Positions 52,462 through 64,000 of a DNA stretch of 64,000 nt are shown one piece after another (the first letter of the stretch is position 1; each line of letters opens with the position of its first letter). A model generated the notes under the pieces. The model was given only the letters and a program-made list of their open reading frames with translations. It was not told the origin of the DNA and did not search any database. The stretch lies in the NCBI GenBank assembly GCA_963758635.1, contig CAVWWD010000008.1, positions 1,216,001-1,280,000 on the forward strand. The letters are read 5' to 3'. The stretch is from an uncultured Candidatus Rokubacteria bacterium. Lineage in GTDB: Bacteria > Methylomirabilota > Methylomirabilia > Rokubacteriales > CSP1-6. The translations under genes and the position numbers were made by a program.

Positions 52462-55400
52462 GCCTCGTCCTCGGCGAGGATGCGGGCGGCGTCCTCCTCC
52501 GACAGCGCGCCGATCTCGCCCAGGAGGGCGCCGGTGTCCTCGCCCCCGCTGGCAAGACGGCTCACGATCGCGAGCGCGAGCCCTTCGACCGTCGGTCGCT
52601 CGAACGGAACGCGCGCGGGCAGATCGACGCCCAGGTCGTCCCGGACCCGGCCCAGCAGGCGCACCACGAGGAGCGAGTGCCCGCCGAGATCGAAGAAGTT
52701 GTCGTCGACGCCGACCCGCTCGACCCCGAGGACGTCGCGCCAGATCGCCCGCGAGCGCCTGCTCCATGGGCGTGGCGGGCGCGTCGAACGGCTCGCCGCC
52801 TCGGGCCGGCACGGCGCGGGAGCCGGCAGCGCCCTGCGGTCCAACTTGCCGGCGGGCGTCGGGGAGCCCGTCGAGCGCCACGAAGGCGGAGGGCACCATG
52901 TATGCGGGAAGCCGCTCCCCGAGGAAGTCCCGGATATCGTGGCCGGCGGAGTGCCGCTCCGCCGTCGGTGACGACGTAGGCCACGAGGCGCGGGTCCCCG
53001 GCCGGTCCTCCCGCACCACGCGACGGCGCCCGGCGGATCGCCGGGTGCTGCTCCAGCACCCCCTCGACCTCCGGCAGCTCGACGCGGAAGCCCCGCACCT
53101 TGACCTGGCCGTCGGTGCGCCCGATGAACTCAACGGTCCCGTCGGGGACGGTAGCCGCCGCGGTCGCCCGTGCGATAGCAGCGGTCCGCGACGTCGCCCG
53201 TGAAGGGCTGCCGACGAAGCGCGCGCGTGTCAGCTCGGCGTCGTCGAGATAGCCTCGGGCCAGGTGCGGGCTCCGGACGTGAATCTCGCCGGGCTCGCCG
53301 ACGCCCGCGAGCTGTCCGGCGGCGGTCAGGACGAGGAGCTGCGACGTCCGGCATGCCGCGCCCGAGCGGGATCGGGTCGCGCGGGTCGAGCGGCCTCGTC
53401 GGCCGGGGACGACGAAGGATCCCAGAGCGCGCTGGGTCTCCGTGGTGCCGTAGAGGTTCACGGCCGTGACGTTCGGGGCGAGCGCGCGCAGCCGCGCGAC
53501 GTTCCGGTGGGTCAGGGCATCGCCGACGATGAAGGCGTAGCGCAGCGACGCGACCGGATCAGCCGCCGCCTGGTCCCGCGGCGCGGACCCGCACAGGAAG
53601 TGCACCATCGCCGGCGTGAGGTTCGTGGCCGAGATCGCCTCCTCGCGCAACCAGCTCGGCCAGCCAGCCCGGGCTGGCCATCTGCTCCGGATCGGGGATG
53701 CAGAGCGTGCCTCCCACCCAGAGCGCGGTGAAGATGTCCCGCTGAAGGGGATCGTGGGACAGCGCCGACAGCATGCTGAAACGGTCGGCTTCACCGAGAG
53801 CGAAGGTCTCGACGAACCAGGGCAGGAAGTGGGACAGCGGAGCCATGGCGCCCCAGGATCCCCTTCGGCCGGCCCGTCGAGCCCGACGTGAACGCGACGC
53901 AGGCCAGGTCATCGGGACCCACGGGACGCCGGGATCGCCCGCCGCGTACTGCGTGATCGGCGGGCCGACGTTCGTCGCCGCGCGGGGGCCGGGGCCGAGC
54001 CGGGCGCGCCGCGGGATCGCCGCCACGAACGCGGCCAGCTCGGCCGGGGGCGATCCGGCCGCCGCGATCTCGAGCCACGCCCGCGGCTCGGCCATGCGCA
54101 GGCAGTCCAGCAGGCGCGCGGCCGGGTAGGCCGGGTCCAGGATCAGGAAGGCCGCACCGGCCTTGAGGGCGCCGAGCACGCGCCCACACCAGCGGGGCGC
54201 TGCGGTGCCCGTAGACCGCCACGACATCCTCGGCGCCGACGCCGCCCTCGCGCAGCCAGTGGGCGAGCTGGTTGCTCCGGGCGTCGAGCTCCCCGTACGT
54301 CCAGCGCCGTCCCGGTCGACGAGAGCGATCCGGTCCGGGCGGCGCAGCGCCTGCCGAGCCACGGCGGTGTGGACGCCGCCCTGCCAGCCCGCGTCGAGCG
54401 CGGCCACGGCGGATCCGGCAGGACGGGCCGCGCGGTCGGCGTCACGAGCGAGATGGCGCGAGAGCCGCTCGTCGGGATCCTCGACGACCTCGCGCGAGCA
54501 GCTGTCGCAGCTGGGCGAGCAGCTCGGCGCATCCGCGCGTCGTCGAACAGGTCGGCGTTGGAGACCGCGATCAGCTGGATGCCGTTCTCGACCGTGCCGG
54601 TAGTAGAGCGTCAGGTCGAACAGCGCCGTCTCTCGGGGAAGGCGAGCTTCGATGCGACGCCCGGTCGAGCGGCGAAGTCGTCCTCGAACTCGCTGCATGT
54701 TCAGGAGCACCTGGAAGGGCGAGCGTGCGCCCGGCGTCCCGACTCCGGGCGCAGCTCCTCCAGGACCCGCTCGAACGGCAGTCCTGGTTGGCGTACGCCT
54801 CCAGTGCCACCTGGCGCGTCCGGCCGAGCAGGTCGCGGAAGCTGGGCCGCCCCGACAGGTCGGTTCGCAGGACCAGCGTCGTTGATGAGACAGCCCACGA
54901 TGGCCCTCGACCTCGGCTCGGTCGCGCCCGGCGACCGGGGTGGCGACCGCGATGTCGTCCTCGCCGGAGTAGCGATGCAGGAGGGCCTGGAGGGCGGCGA
55001 GCAGCAGCATGAACAGCGTCACCTGCTCCTCGGCACGGAGGCGATCCAGACGCGTCGGACAGCGGCCGCGGGCAGCGCGCGACCTCGCGACGGCCGGCGA
55101 AGCTCCGCGCCCGGGGCCGAGCGCGGTCGGTGGGAAGCGGGAGCTGCGGAAGGGGGCCGCCGAGCTGGCGCCGCCAGTAGGCGAGCTGCGGCTCGAGCGC
55201 GCCGGAGGCGACCTGGGCTCGCTGCCAGACGGCGAAGTCGGCGTACTGGATCGGCAGGGGAGCGAGCACGGGCGGTCGGCGCCGGACGTCGGCGCCGTAG
55301 ATCTCGCCCAGCTCGCGGAGGAGCACCTCGACCGACCATCCGTCGATGGCGACGTGGTGGAAGACGAGCAGGAGCGCGTGGTCGTCCGGGCCAAACCGCA

Positions 55401-55893
55401 GCAGGCGGGCACGGATCATCAGGTCCGCCGCGAGATCGAACGATCGCCGCGCCTCGGCCGCCGCCGCCTCGGCGATCGCGGCCTCGTGCTCGCCCCCGGC
55501 GAGGTCGGAACGGTCCTCGACCGCCACGGGCACCGGCCCCGCCGCGGCAACGATCTGTCGGGCCTCCCCGCCGACGACGGCAATCGTGGTCCGGAGAGCC
55601 TCGTGACGGGCGGCCAGAGCATCCAGAGCGCGGCTCAGCGCGCGCGTATCCAGGCTCCCGCGGAGCCGGGCCCCTCGCAGGACGTTCAGGGCCCGGCCCC
55701 CGGAATCGAGCATCTGGAGCAGCCACAGCCGCTCCTGGGAAAACGACAGCGGAATCGCCTCCCCCGGCATTCGCCGCGGGATGCCGGAAGGTGGGCCACC
55801 ACGGGAGTCCCCGCCGCGCAGCCGGGCGGCCAGCAAGGCCTGCTTGGCCGGCGACAGGGCCTTGACCCGCTGGGTCAGGTCGAGGTCAGCCAC
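52458..55893 (-). CDS. NRPS 2: C-A-T (frameshifted)
   Basis: LSPAKQALL docking, [52 protein letters not shown]. Confidence 0.88.
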
Positions 55894-58800
55894 CGGAGCG
55901 CACGTCGGACGAGCGTTGCTCGGCGAGGAGACGCTCGGCTTCCTCCTCCGACAGGTCCTCGATGCGGGCCAGCTCGTCGGCGTGTCCTCGCGCACGGTCG
56001 GCGACCAGCTCCGAGATGCGCGTGGCCATCCGCGCCACCGTGGGCGCTTCGAACAGCGCCCGCACGTCGAGAAGGACGCGGAGGTTATCGGCCAGCCGCG
56101 TGATCAGCCGAGCGCCGGACAGGGAATGCCCGCCCAGCTCGAAGAAGTTGTCGTGCCGGCCGAGCCGGCTCACTCCGAGCACGTCCCGCCAGGTCGAGGC
56201 GACAGCCTCCTCCAGGCCAGCCGCGGGCGGCTCGTACTCCGCCGTGGAGCTCGACCCGAGCTCGGGCGGGGGCGGGAGCGCCCGCCGATCGACCTTGCCA
56301 TTGCCGGTGAGCGGCAGCCGCTCGAGGAAGACGAACGCTCCTGGCACCATGTGGTCGGGCAGCCTCTCGGAGAGGAACGCGCGTAGCGCCTCGGCGCGCG
56401 GCGGTGGATCCGCCGCGGATACGACGTACGCCACCAGGCGCTTGTCGAGGCCGGCGTCGGCGACGACCTGGACCGTGCAGTGGCGCACCGACGGGTGGCT
56501 CTCGAGCACCGCCTCGATCTCGCCCGGCTCCACGCGAAACCCGCGGATCTTGACCTGGCGGTCCCTGCGGCCGAGGAACTCGATCGTGCCGTCGGCGCAC
56601 AGGCGCGCCAGATCCCCCGTGCGATACAGGCGGCTGCCCGGCGCATCGCTCCACGGATCGGGGACGAAGCGCTCGGCCGTCAGGTCCGGGCGCCGGAGAT
56701 ACCCGCGGGCCAGGCCGTCGCCGGCCACGCATAGCTCGCCAGGCACGCCCACGGGGACCGGCTGGAAAGAGCTGTCGAGCACGTACGCGCGGCTGTTGGC
56801 GATCGGCCGGCCGATCGGCACCGTCGAGCCCGTGGGCCACGCGCCGGGCACCGTGTGGCAGCACGAGAACGTCGTGTTCTCGGTCGGCCCATACCCGTTG
56901 ATCACGCGGCACGCCGGATGCGCCTGCTGGACCCGTCTCACGTGGGCAGGCGACAGGACATCGCCGCCGGCCAGGAGCTGGCGCACGCCGGCGAGGCGCT
57001 TCAGCTGATCGTCGACGAGCTGATGGAACAGACCGGCCGTCAGCCAGAGCGTCGTGACGCCGCCACGCTCGATCGTCTCGGCGATCTGTCCGAGGGCGAG
57101 CGGCGCGGGCGGCGCGACGATCGAGCCGCGCCCCGTTCAGGAGCGCCCCCCACACCTCGAACGTGGACGCATCGAAGGCCAGGGGCGCCAGCTGCAAGAG
57201 CACATCCTCGGCTGACAGGCGGACGTAGTCGGTGTTCTTGACGAGTCGGACGACCGCCCGATGCTCGACGCACACGCCCTTCGGCTCGCCCGTCGAGCCC
57301 GAGGTGTACATCAAGTAGGCCAGGCTCTCCGGGTGCGCGCCGCCGGCGGGATCGTCGACGGGCTCCCTGGCGATCTCCTCCCAGTCCGCGTCCAGCCTCA
57401 CGACGGTCGCCGTTCCGGCGGGGAGCCCGCCGGCGAGCCGCTGCTGGGTCAGCACGATCGGCGCCCGCGCCTCGCCGAGCATGAATGCCAGGCGGCTGGG
57501 CGGGAACGTGGGCTCGAGCGGCACGTAGGCCGCCCCCGCCTTCACGATGCCGAGGATTCCCACCACCATTTCCAGCGCGCGCTCCATGAGAAGCCCCACG
57601 AACACCTCAGGTCCTGCCCCGCGGCGCCGGAGGAAGTGCGCGAGCTGGTTGGCCCGGCGGTTCAGCTCGCCGTAGGAGAGCGTCCGGCCGTCGAAGCTCA
57701 CCGCGATCGCGTCGGGCGTCCGGCGCGCCTGCTCCTCGAACAGCTCGGCGAGGCTGCGCTCTCGCGGGTACTCCCGGGACGTTCTCGTTCCACCCGACGG
57801 CGAGGTCACGCCGTTCCGTGGGCGATAGGAGCGGCAGGTCGGAAATGGCCCGACCGGGATCCGCCACCAGGGCCTCGAGGACGCGCCGGTAGTGCTCCAT
57901 CATCCGGTGGATCGTCGCCTCGTCGAAGAGGTCGGTGCTGTATTCCCACACCAGGGTGAGACCGTCGTCGGCGTCGGCCAGGGGCGGCCCGATCCGCTGC
58001 CGGGAATGCGCAGCCACGATCACGCTCAAGTCGAACTTGGCCGTGCCGTTGGCCGACACGCCCACGAGGAGGTCGCTCACCGTCAGGGCCGGCGGCGCCG
58101 GGGGCATGGGCGAGTCGTGGAAGCTGAAGACGACCTGGAACAGCGGGTTCTGGCTCAGCCCGCGCCGCGGTCGGAGCACCTCGACCACCTTCTCGAACGG
58201 CAGATCCTGGTTGGCGTCGGCGTCGATGATGACGTCGCGGACGCGGGCCAGGACCTCGCGGGCGGTGGGATCACCCGACAGGTCGTTCCGGAGGACCACG
58301 TTGTTCACCGCCATGCCGATCAGACCTTCGGTCTCCTTGCGTCGCCGGTTCGCCACGCCCGACCCGACGCAGAGATCGTCCTGGCCGGTGTACCGGTGGA
58401 GCAGGATGGCGAAGGCCGCCTCCATCAGCATGAACAGCGTCACGCCCTCTTCGCGCGCGCGCGCCCGGAGGGCGGCGGCCAGGGAGCCGGGCAGATCCTG
58501 GCGGGGGGCCGCCCCTCGGTAGGACGGGATCGCCGGCCGCGGCCGATCCGTGGCCAGATCGAGCTGGGGCGGGGCGCCCATGAGCTTGCCCTTCCAGTAG
58601 TCGAGCTGCGCCGCCGCCTCGGGGCCCTGCAGCCACTGCCGCTGCCACGCCGTGAAGTCGCCCCACTGAATGGGCAGCTCCGGCAGCTCGACGGGACGCC
58701 CCTCGCACAGCGCGGTGTACGTCTCGAGCAGATCGCGCAGGAAGATGTTGAACGACCAGCCGTCGTGCGTCATGTGGTGCTCGACCTGGACGAGCACGTG

Positions 58801-61059
58801 CTCCTCGGGAGACAGCCGCACGAGCGTCCAGCCGATCAGGGGCAACCGACCCAGGTCGAAGGTGGTGTCGAGCTCGGCGGAGAACACCCGCGCGAGCTCG
58901 GCGCGCGCCTCGTCGTCCGGCCGACCCGTCAGGTCCACCAGCGGCAGCCTCACCGGCCACGGTGGGTGAACGATCTGCCTGGGGGCCCCGTCGACGGCGA
59001 CGAACGTGGTTCGCAGGCTCTCGTGCCTCCGGATCAGCTCGGCGAGGCTTCGCTCCAGCACCGCCGCGTCCAGGGGCCCGGCGAGGCGGAACGTCGCGTG
59101 GAAGTTGTACGCGCGGCTGTCGGGCGCCAGCGAGCGGATGAACCATACGCGTTCCTGGGAGAAGGACAGCGGCAGCGGCTCGGTGCGCGCGACGCGCGGG
59201 ATCGGCGGCGGCGGCGCCGCCGCGCCGTCGGCGAGCCGCTCGACAAGGGTCGCCATGCCTTCGAGCGTGGGGCAGCTGAAAAAGCTCCGGAACGGCAGGC
59301 TCACGCCCAGCACCTCGCGCAGCCGCGAGATCACCTGGGCGGCCTTCAGCGAGTATCCGCCGATCTCGAAGAAGCGGTCGTGCCGCCCGACCCGCGGGAG
59401 CCGAAGCACTTCCCGCCACACCTCGGCGAGGGCGGTCTCCGCTCCCGGGCGGGGCGGCTCGTAGGCGGTATCCGCGTCCGGCTGGTCGGTCGGCGGGACG
59501 GGCAGGGCGCTCCGGTCCAGCTTTCCGCTCGGGGTGAGCGGGAGGCGATCCAGGAGGACGAACGCCGCGGGCACCATGTGGCCGGGCAGACGCGACGAGA
59601 GGAACCGCCGGAGGTCGGCCGCGCGCAGCGCCGCCCCTTCGGCCGGCACCACATACGCGACGAGCCTCTTGTCGGCCGCGTGGTCATCGACGACGGCGAG
59701 AACGCCGTGGCGGACGCCCGGGTGCTGCTCGAGCGCGGTCTCGATCTCGCCGAGCTCGACGCGGAAGCCCCGAAGCTTGACCTGGTGGTCGAAACGCCCG
59801 AGGAACTCGATCTCACCGTCGGGCCGGTACCGGACTCTGTCGCCGGTCGCATACAGTCGGGCGCCGGGCTCGCCGCCCTCCGGATCGGGAACGAACGCCG
59901 CGGCGGTCAGGTCCGGTCGCCCGAGATAGCCGCGGGCAACGCCGGTCCCGCCGATGTGGAGCTCCCCGGCCGCGCCAAACGGGACCGGCTGGAGCCCGGG
60001 GCCGAGGATCCGGACGTAGGCGGGCGTGATCGGCCGGCCGATGGTGACCGGGACGCCCGGCGTGAGCGTGGCCGTGGTCGCGTTCGCGGTGGCCTCCGTT
60101 GGCCCGTAGACGTTCGCGATCTCGACCGCGGGCCATCTGGCCCAGGTCCGCTCCAGCAGGACGAGGTCCACCGCCTCTCCGCCGAGCAGCAAGCGACGAA
60201 GCCCGGCGGGCGCGGTCACCCGGCCGGCGTCGATCTCATCCAGCATCACGCGCCACAGGGACGGAACGCAGTTGAGCGCGACCCGTGGACGCTCGCCGAG
60301 GGCGTGGAGCAGCCGCGCGGGCTCCATCGCGACGCCGTCAGGCATGAGCCACACCTCGCCGCCTCGGATCAGAGGCGCGAGGATCTGCTTGAGCGAGGCG
60401 TCGAAGGTGACGCTGGTCACCGCGGGAAGGCCCTCACCGGGGTCCGGCAGCAAGCGGTCGTTGACCCAGGCGAGGTAGCTGGCCACGCTGCCCTGCTGCA
60501 CCATGACGCCCTTCGGGTTGCCCGTCGAGCCGGACGTGTAGATGACGTAGGCGAGGTTCCGGGGCCCGGCCACCGCCTCGGGGTTCGTCTCCGGCTCGCC
60601 CGCAAGCGCCTCGGCCGCGTCGTCGAGCCGCACGAGCCGGACGCCGTCCGGAACCCGACACTCCTCGATCCCCTCGGAGACGAGCAGCACGGGCGCGCGA
60701 GTGTCGTCGAGCACGAAGGCCCGCCGGGCCTCCGGGTAGTGGGGATCGACGGGGACGTACGCCCCGCCCGCCTTGAGCACGCCGATCAGCCCCACGACAA
60801 GTGCGATCGAGCGCTCCATGCACACGACGACGAACCTGTCCGGCCCGACGCCGAGGTCGCGCAGCGCGTGGGCCAGGCGGTTGGCTCGCCGGTTCAGCTC
60901 GCCGTAGCTCAGCTCCTGCCCCAGGAAGGTCACCGCGGTGGCGTGCGGCGACCGCTCCGCCTGCGTCTCGAACAGCCCGGCCAGGCTCGGCTCCCGCGCC
61001 TCGTCAGGCTCACGGGAAGGTCTGGACGTGACTTGCGCAGGGCGCCGAGAACTCATCAT
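55886..61059 (-). CDS. NRPS 1: A-T-C-A-T (two frameshifts)
   Basis: AGGAGG RBS; YTSGSTGNPKG, GGYSL, EHHMTHDGWS, YTSGSTGEPKG, NGYGPTENTTF, GGHSL, LSEEEAERLL docking. Confidence 0.92.
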
Positions 61060-61260
61060 CGAGGCCTCCTCGAGATGTGAGGGGTTGTTGTCACAGTGTC
61101 GGAACAGACGTACATCCGTGCACGCTCCTCCGGAGCCCCTTCAGCCTGGCGCCAAGGGATCACGAGCTCCAAACTAGCTGGAATCATGATACTCACGACG
61201 CGGGTTGCGGGCGAAAACAAACCGCCGGACGAGCTGGCCCTCACGGACCGCAAACAGTAG

Positions 61261-61276
61261 TGCAGGCCGTGTGCCA
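61261..61276 (-). promoter_or_regulatory. sigma-54 (-24/-12) promoter upstream of the NRPS operon
   Basis: minus strand TGGCAC-ACGGC-CTGCA, ~200 bp upstream of the NRPS 1 start. Confidence 0.6.
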
Positions 61277-61309
61277 CTGTCCGGCGGCGCATCGGGGCTG
61301 GAAGAGCAC

Positions 61310-61344
61310 AAAAGAATCGGGGGCGGCCGATGTGGCCGCCCCCG
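61310..61344 (-). terminator. rho-independent terminator of the PEP-CTERM gene
   Basis: 11-bp stem CGGGGGCGGCC/GGCCGCCCCCG, 5-nt loop, followed on the minus strand by ATTCTTTT. Confidence 0.75.
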
Positions 61345-61373
61345 GTGTTTCCGATCTATCGCGCGCGCGAGAA

Positions 61374-62402
61374 CTACTCGCGGGTGCGGGTCCTCCAGCC
61401 AAGCAGCCCGAAGCCCGCGAGCCCGAGCCCGATGAGCGCGAGCGAGGCGGGGGCGGGGACGGCGATCGGCGTGATCCGCATGATTGTCATGAAAGCGTTG
61501 TCGAAGCCCTCCTGCGCATACGCCAGACCGTTCGCGAAGTCGATGGCGACCCTGTGGTCGGGACTGTCGCTGCACTGGAAGATGAGGAGCGTCCCTACCG
61601 TCGAGACGAGATCGCTGCACTCCGGGACCGGCGAAACGTTGAACTCGAGGAGGTACTGAATGCCGTTGGAAGTGAACTGCGTGTCGGCGAAGTCACTGGC
61701 GTCGAAGGTGAACACGTCGTCGCAGGCCGAGCCAAGCGGGTTCTCACCGACGCAATCGCCCGCGGTGACCTCGTTCAGCGTCTCGATGAACACGATTGGG
61801 ACCGCGTTGTTGTCCGTGAAGGGCGGGGCGGCGTTGATCGTCAGGCTCGTCTGGTTGGTGATTCCACTCATGAAGTTGCCTTCGTTGTCGATGATCCGGT
61901 TCAGGTGGTCGATCCGCGAGATCACCACCCACAGCCCGTCGTCTCTCAGGGTGCCATCCGCGCTGAAGGTGAAGAACCCAATGGTCCCAAGATTCTCCGG
62001 GCTCGTCGCGTTGTTGAACGTCGTGGAAACGAGGGAGCTACGGCCGGGGTCACCGGACTCGTCGGGGCCGACCACCTCGCCCAAGGTTCCGCCGTTGGCG
62101 CAGTTCGTCACGCCAGGACTATTGTTGCCGTCAGCCACGCAGCCCCACGAGATGGTCCTGTAGGTGCCGGCAGGCGCTGGCGGACTGGTCTGAAGGGTGG
62201 AGAACACCAGGCCGCCATGGCCAGCGACGCCGGGACCTGGGAACCCCGGGCCCTCCGGACCGGCTGCCAGGCTGCCCGTCCCGAGAGCGAACCCGCCCGA
62301 CTGATTCCACGTGAAGTCCACAGCTTCGCCGGCTGCGGTGTGGCCGATCACGAGCGCGGCCACCAGACCCACCAGCCATCCCCTGTTTCTCTTTGTCATC
62401 AC
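61374..62402 (-). CDS. PEP-CTERM sorting-domain protein (THxN-family-like)
   Basis: signal peptide; DHLNRII, FIETLN..C..CDDVFTF; C-terminal VPAPASLALIGLGLAGFG plus basic tail WRTRTRE. Confidence 0.88.
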   Translation of the reverse strand: MMTKRNRGWLVGLVAALVIGHTAAGEAVDFTWNQSGGFALGTGSLAAGPEGPGFPGPGVAGHGGLVFSTLQTSPPAPAGTYRTISWGCVADGNNSPGVTNCANGGTLGEVVGPDESGDPGRSSLVSTTFNNATSPENLGTIGFFTFSADGTLRDDGLWVVISRIDHLNRIIDNEGNFMSGITNQTSLTINAAPPFTDNNAVPIVFIETLNEVTAGDCVGENPLGSACDDVFTFDASDFADTQFTSNGIQYLLEFNVSPVPECSDLVSTVGTLLIFQCSDSPDHRVAIDFANGLAYAQEGFDNAFMTIMRITPIAVPAPASLALIGLGLAGFGLLGWRTRTRE

Positions 62403-62562
62403 TACCTCCTGAGCTTAGTTAGAGCTGCACTCGCTACAGATTCGCTCTCGCAAGGGGTTAGAGGCACCTTTCGTGCCATTCAGGTGAAGGTCACAAAATC
62501 AATATCTTAGATACTGGCCCTTCTACCTGCCGTCCCCATCTGCAAAGGTCTCCGACACGTCG
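62381..62562 (-). promoter_or_regulatory. promoter unit 1: sigma-54 site, IHF site, enhancer box
   Basis: TGGCACGAAAGGTGC (minus, 62464-62478), AATCAATATCTTA (62497-62509), TGCAAA-N5-CCGACA (62541-62557). Confidence 0.75.
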
Positions 62563-62580
62563 CGGGTCGAACTGGCCCTC

Positions 62581-62768
62581 CTCTGTTTCTCTTTGTCATC
62601 ACTAGCTCCAGTTAGTTTCGTTTAGTGACTTGCGCTCGCTACGGATCCGCTGTCGCACGTGGTCAAGAGCACCCGCCGTGCCATTACGATTAGGCGCACA
62701 AGATCATGAGCTTAGGGAACTAACACCTCTACTTGCCATCCCCATTTGCAAACGTCGCCGACAGGTCG
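62581..62768 (-). repeat. diverged tandem copy of the promoter unit and gene start
   Basis: ~205-bp offset; repeats CTGTTTCTCTTTGTCATCACTA, TGGCACGGCGGGTGC (minus, 62669-62683), TGCAAA-N5-CCGACA (62747-62763). Confidence 0.8.
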
Positions 62769-62997
62769 TAGTGCGGCAAAGTCCCCTGCTTTGATGATAG
62801 TTGCGACAGGTAAATCAATCACTTATGTGGCTCTGGAGCCGTTCTGCCCCGCTGGGCTGTCGAGGACCAGCACTGTAAACGACCTCGACTTGCCGGCCAG
62901 CTACCCGGCGCTCAGCGTTCGCGGCGGTACCCGCCCCAGTCGACGGGACCCTGGATGGCCCTCACGACACCTGGACTATAATCGAGTCGCGCGCCCC

Positions 62998-64000
62998 ATG
63001 AATCGAGCTTCCTGGCCCCGCATTCTCGCCCGCGCCGTCCCCCTCCTCGTCATCATCTGCATCTGCTGGACGGAGGCCCCCGGGGCCCACGAGATTGGCC
63101 CGGAATCCGACCTCTGCGCCGAGATCAACGCGCTCGCTCCAGGGTCCGAGCTGGTCCTGCGTCCGGGGGACTACCAGGGCCCGTGCACGATCCGCAGCAG
63201 CGGCCTTCCCGGCGCGCCCATCGTGGTCCGCGGGCAGGATCCCGCGCAGCGGCCGCGGATCGTCTTCGGGGGCACGCGAGCCAACGTGATCAGCGTGCGA
63301 GCCAGCCACGTGGTCCTCCGCGGCCTCGAGATGGGGCCGACGCAGGCTGGGGTCGACGCCGTGCGGATCTACGGCGCGTCCGACATCCTCGTGGAGGACT
63401 GCGAGTTCAAGGCGCTGGGCGGCATCGCGGTGGTCGCCAACCACGCCAACGTGCGCGGGCTGGTGGTCCGGGGCAACGTGGTGCTCGGCGCCAACACCAC
63501 CGCCATGTACTTCGGCTGCCACGACGGCGCGGGGTGCGTGATCTCGGAGCTCCTCGTCGAGCGCAACTACATCCACACCGTGAGGGCGCCCGAGCCCTCG
63601 ATCGGCTACGGCGTCCAGGTCAAGCTCAACTCCTCCGGCGTCATCCGCGACAACGTCATCGCGGACGTCAAGGGGCCGGGCATCATGGTCTACGGGGCCC
63701 ACGACCCGACCGGCGCTGAACGTCGTCGAGCGGAACTTCGTGATGGGATCGCTCCGCTCCGCGGGCATCGTCGTGGGCGGCGGGCCCGCCGCCATCCGCA
63801 ACAACGTGTCCGTGGGCAACGCCGAGTCGGGGATCGGCGTGGAGGACTACGCCCGACGCGGGCTGCTCCGGAGCGTCGTCATCGCGCACAATACGGTGTA
63901 CGCCAACCGTGGCGGAGGCATCGCCGTGCCGGACAGGGGCGCCCGCGACGTGGCCATCGTCAACAACGCCGTGCACCTCCGCTCGGCAGGAGCGCCGTTG
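62998..64000 (+). CDS. secreted right-handed parallel beta-helix protein (runs off window; frameshift near 63715)
   Basis: signal peptide, INALAPGSELVLRPGDY, GAPIVVRG, repeated strands RGNVV, ERNYI, RDNVI, RNNV, HNTV; TATAAT at 62977. Confidence 0.8.
   Translation, partial: MNRASWPRILARAVPLLVIICICWTEAPGAHEIGPESDLCAEINALAPGSELVLRPGDYQGPCTIRSSGLPGAPIVVRGQDPAQRPRIVFGGTRANVISVRASHVVLRGLEMGPTQAGVDAVRIYGASDILVEDCEFKALGGIAVVANHANVRGLVVRGNVVLGANTTAMYFGCHDGAGCVISELLVERNYIHTVRAPEPSIGYGVQVKLNSSGVIRDNVIADVKGPGIMVYGAHDPTGAERRRAELRDGIAPLRGHRRGRRARRHPQQRVRGQRRVGDRRGGLRPTRAAPERRHRAQYGVRQPWRRHRRAGQGRPRRGHRQQRRAPPLGRSAV

Noticed and set aside
61060..61260. Riboswitch or ops element in the NRPS leader
   Set aside because: No convincing match by eye to c-di-GMP riboswitch or GGCGGTAG consensus; an Rfam search would be needed.

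Overview
Very GC-rich bacterial DNA. Gene order and protein style suggest Candidatus Rokubacteria/Methylomirabilota (inference). Many genes, including essential ones (argS, glmM, tsaE), are split by single-base indels, most likely uncorrected long-read errors, so CDS boundaries are reconstructed. Four blocks. (1) 0.3-9.6 kb: cobalamin uptake/salvage operon with two B12 riboswitches (cobU, cobT, btuFCD, btuB, cbiZ, tonB, cbiB). (2) 9.7-24.7 kb: housekeeping genes (argS, SPOR, hpt, ftsH, folP, dacA, glmM, acpS, nnr, tsaE, VanZ, radC, pyrD), an inverted-repeat-flanked small ORF with a DnaA-box cluster, a decayed higBA and tRNA-Val(CAC). (3) 24.7-39.2 kb: a ~14.5 kb element integrated in the tRNA-Val 3' end (exact 45-bp direct repeat). 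It has a tyrosine integrase, Xis-like HTHs, a Toprim primase/replicase followed by an origin-like inverted repeat, a PD-(D/E)XK nuclease and an HNH + small-terminase-like pair, but no recognisable large terminase, portal, capsid or tail: a candidate phage satellite. (4) 39.2-64 kb: patatin, a PrsT-like TPR lipoprotein, a PaaK-like ligase, a three-gene five-module NRPS with an atypical Cys-type thioesterase and a sigma-54 promoter, a PEP-CTERM protein with a tandemly duplicated sigma-54/IHF/enhancer unit, and a beta-helix protein. The best candidates for undescribed systems are the satellite and the NRPS embedded in a PEP-CTERM envelope locus.
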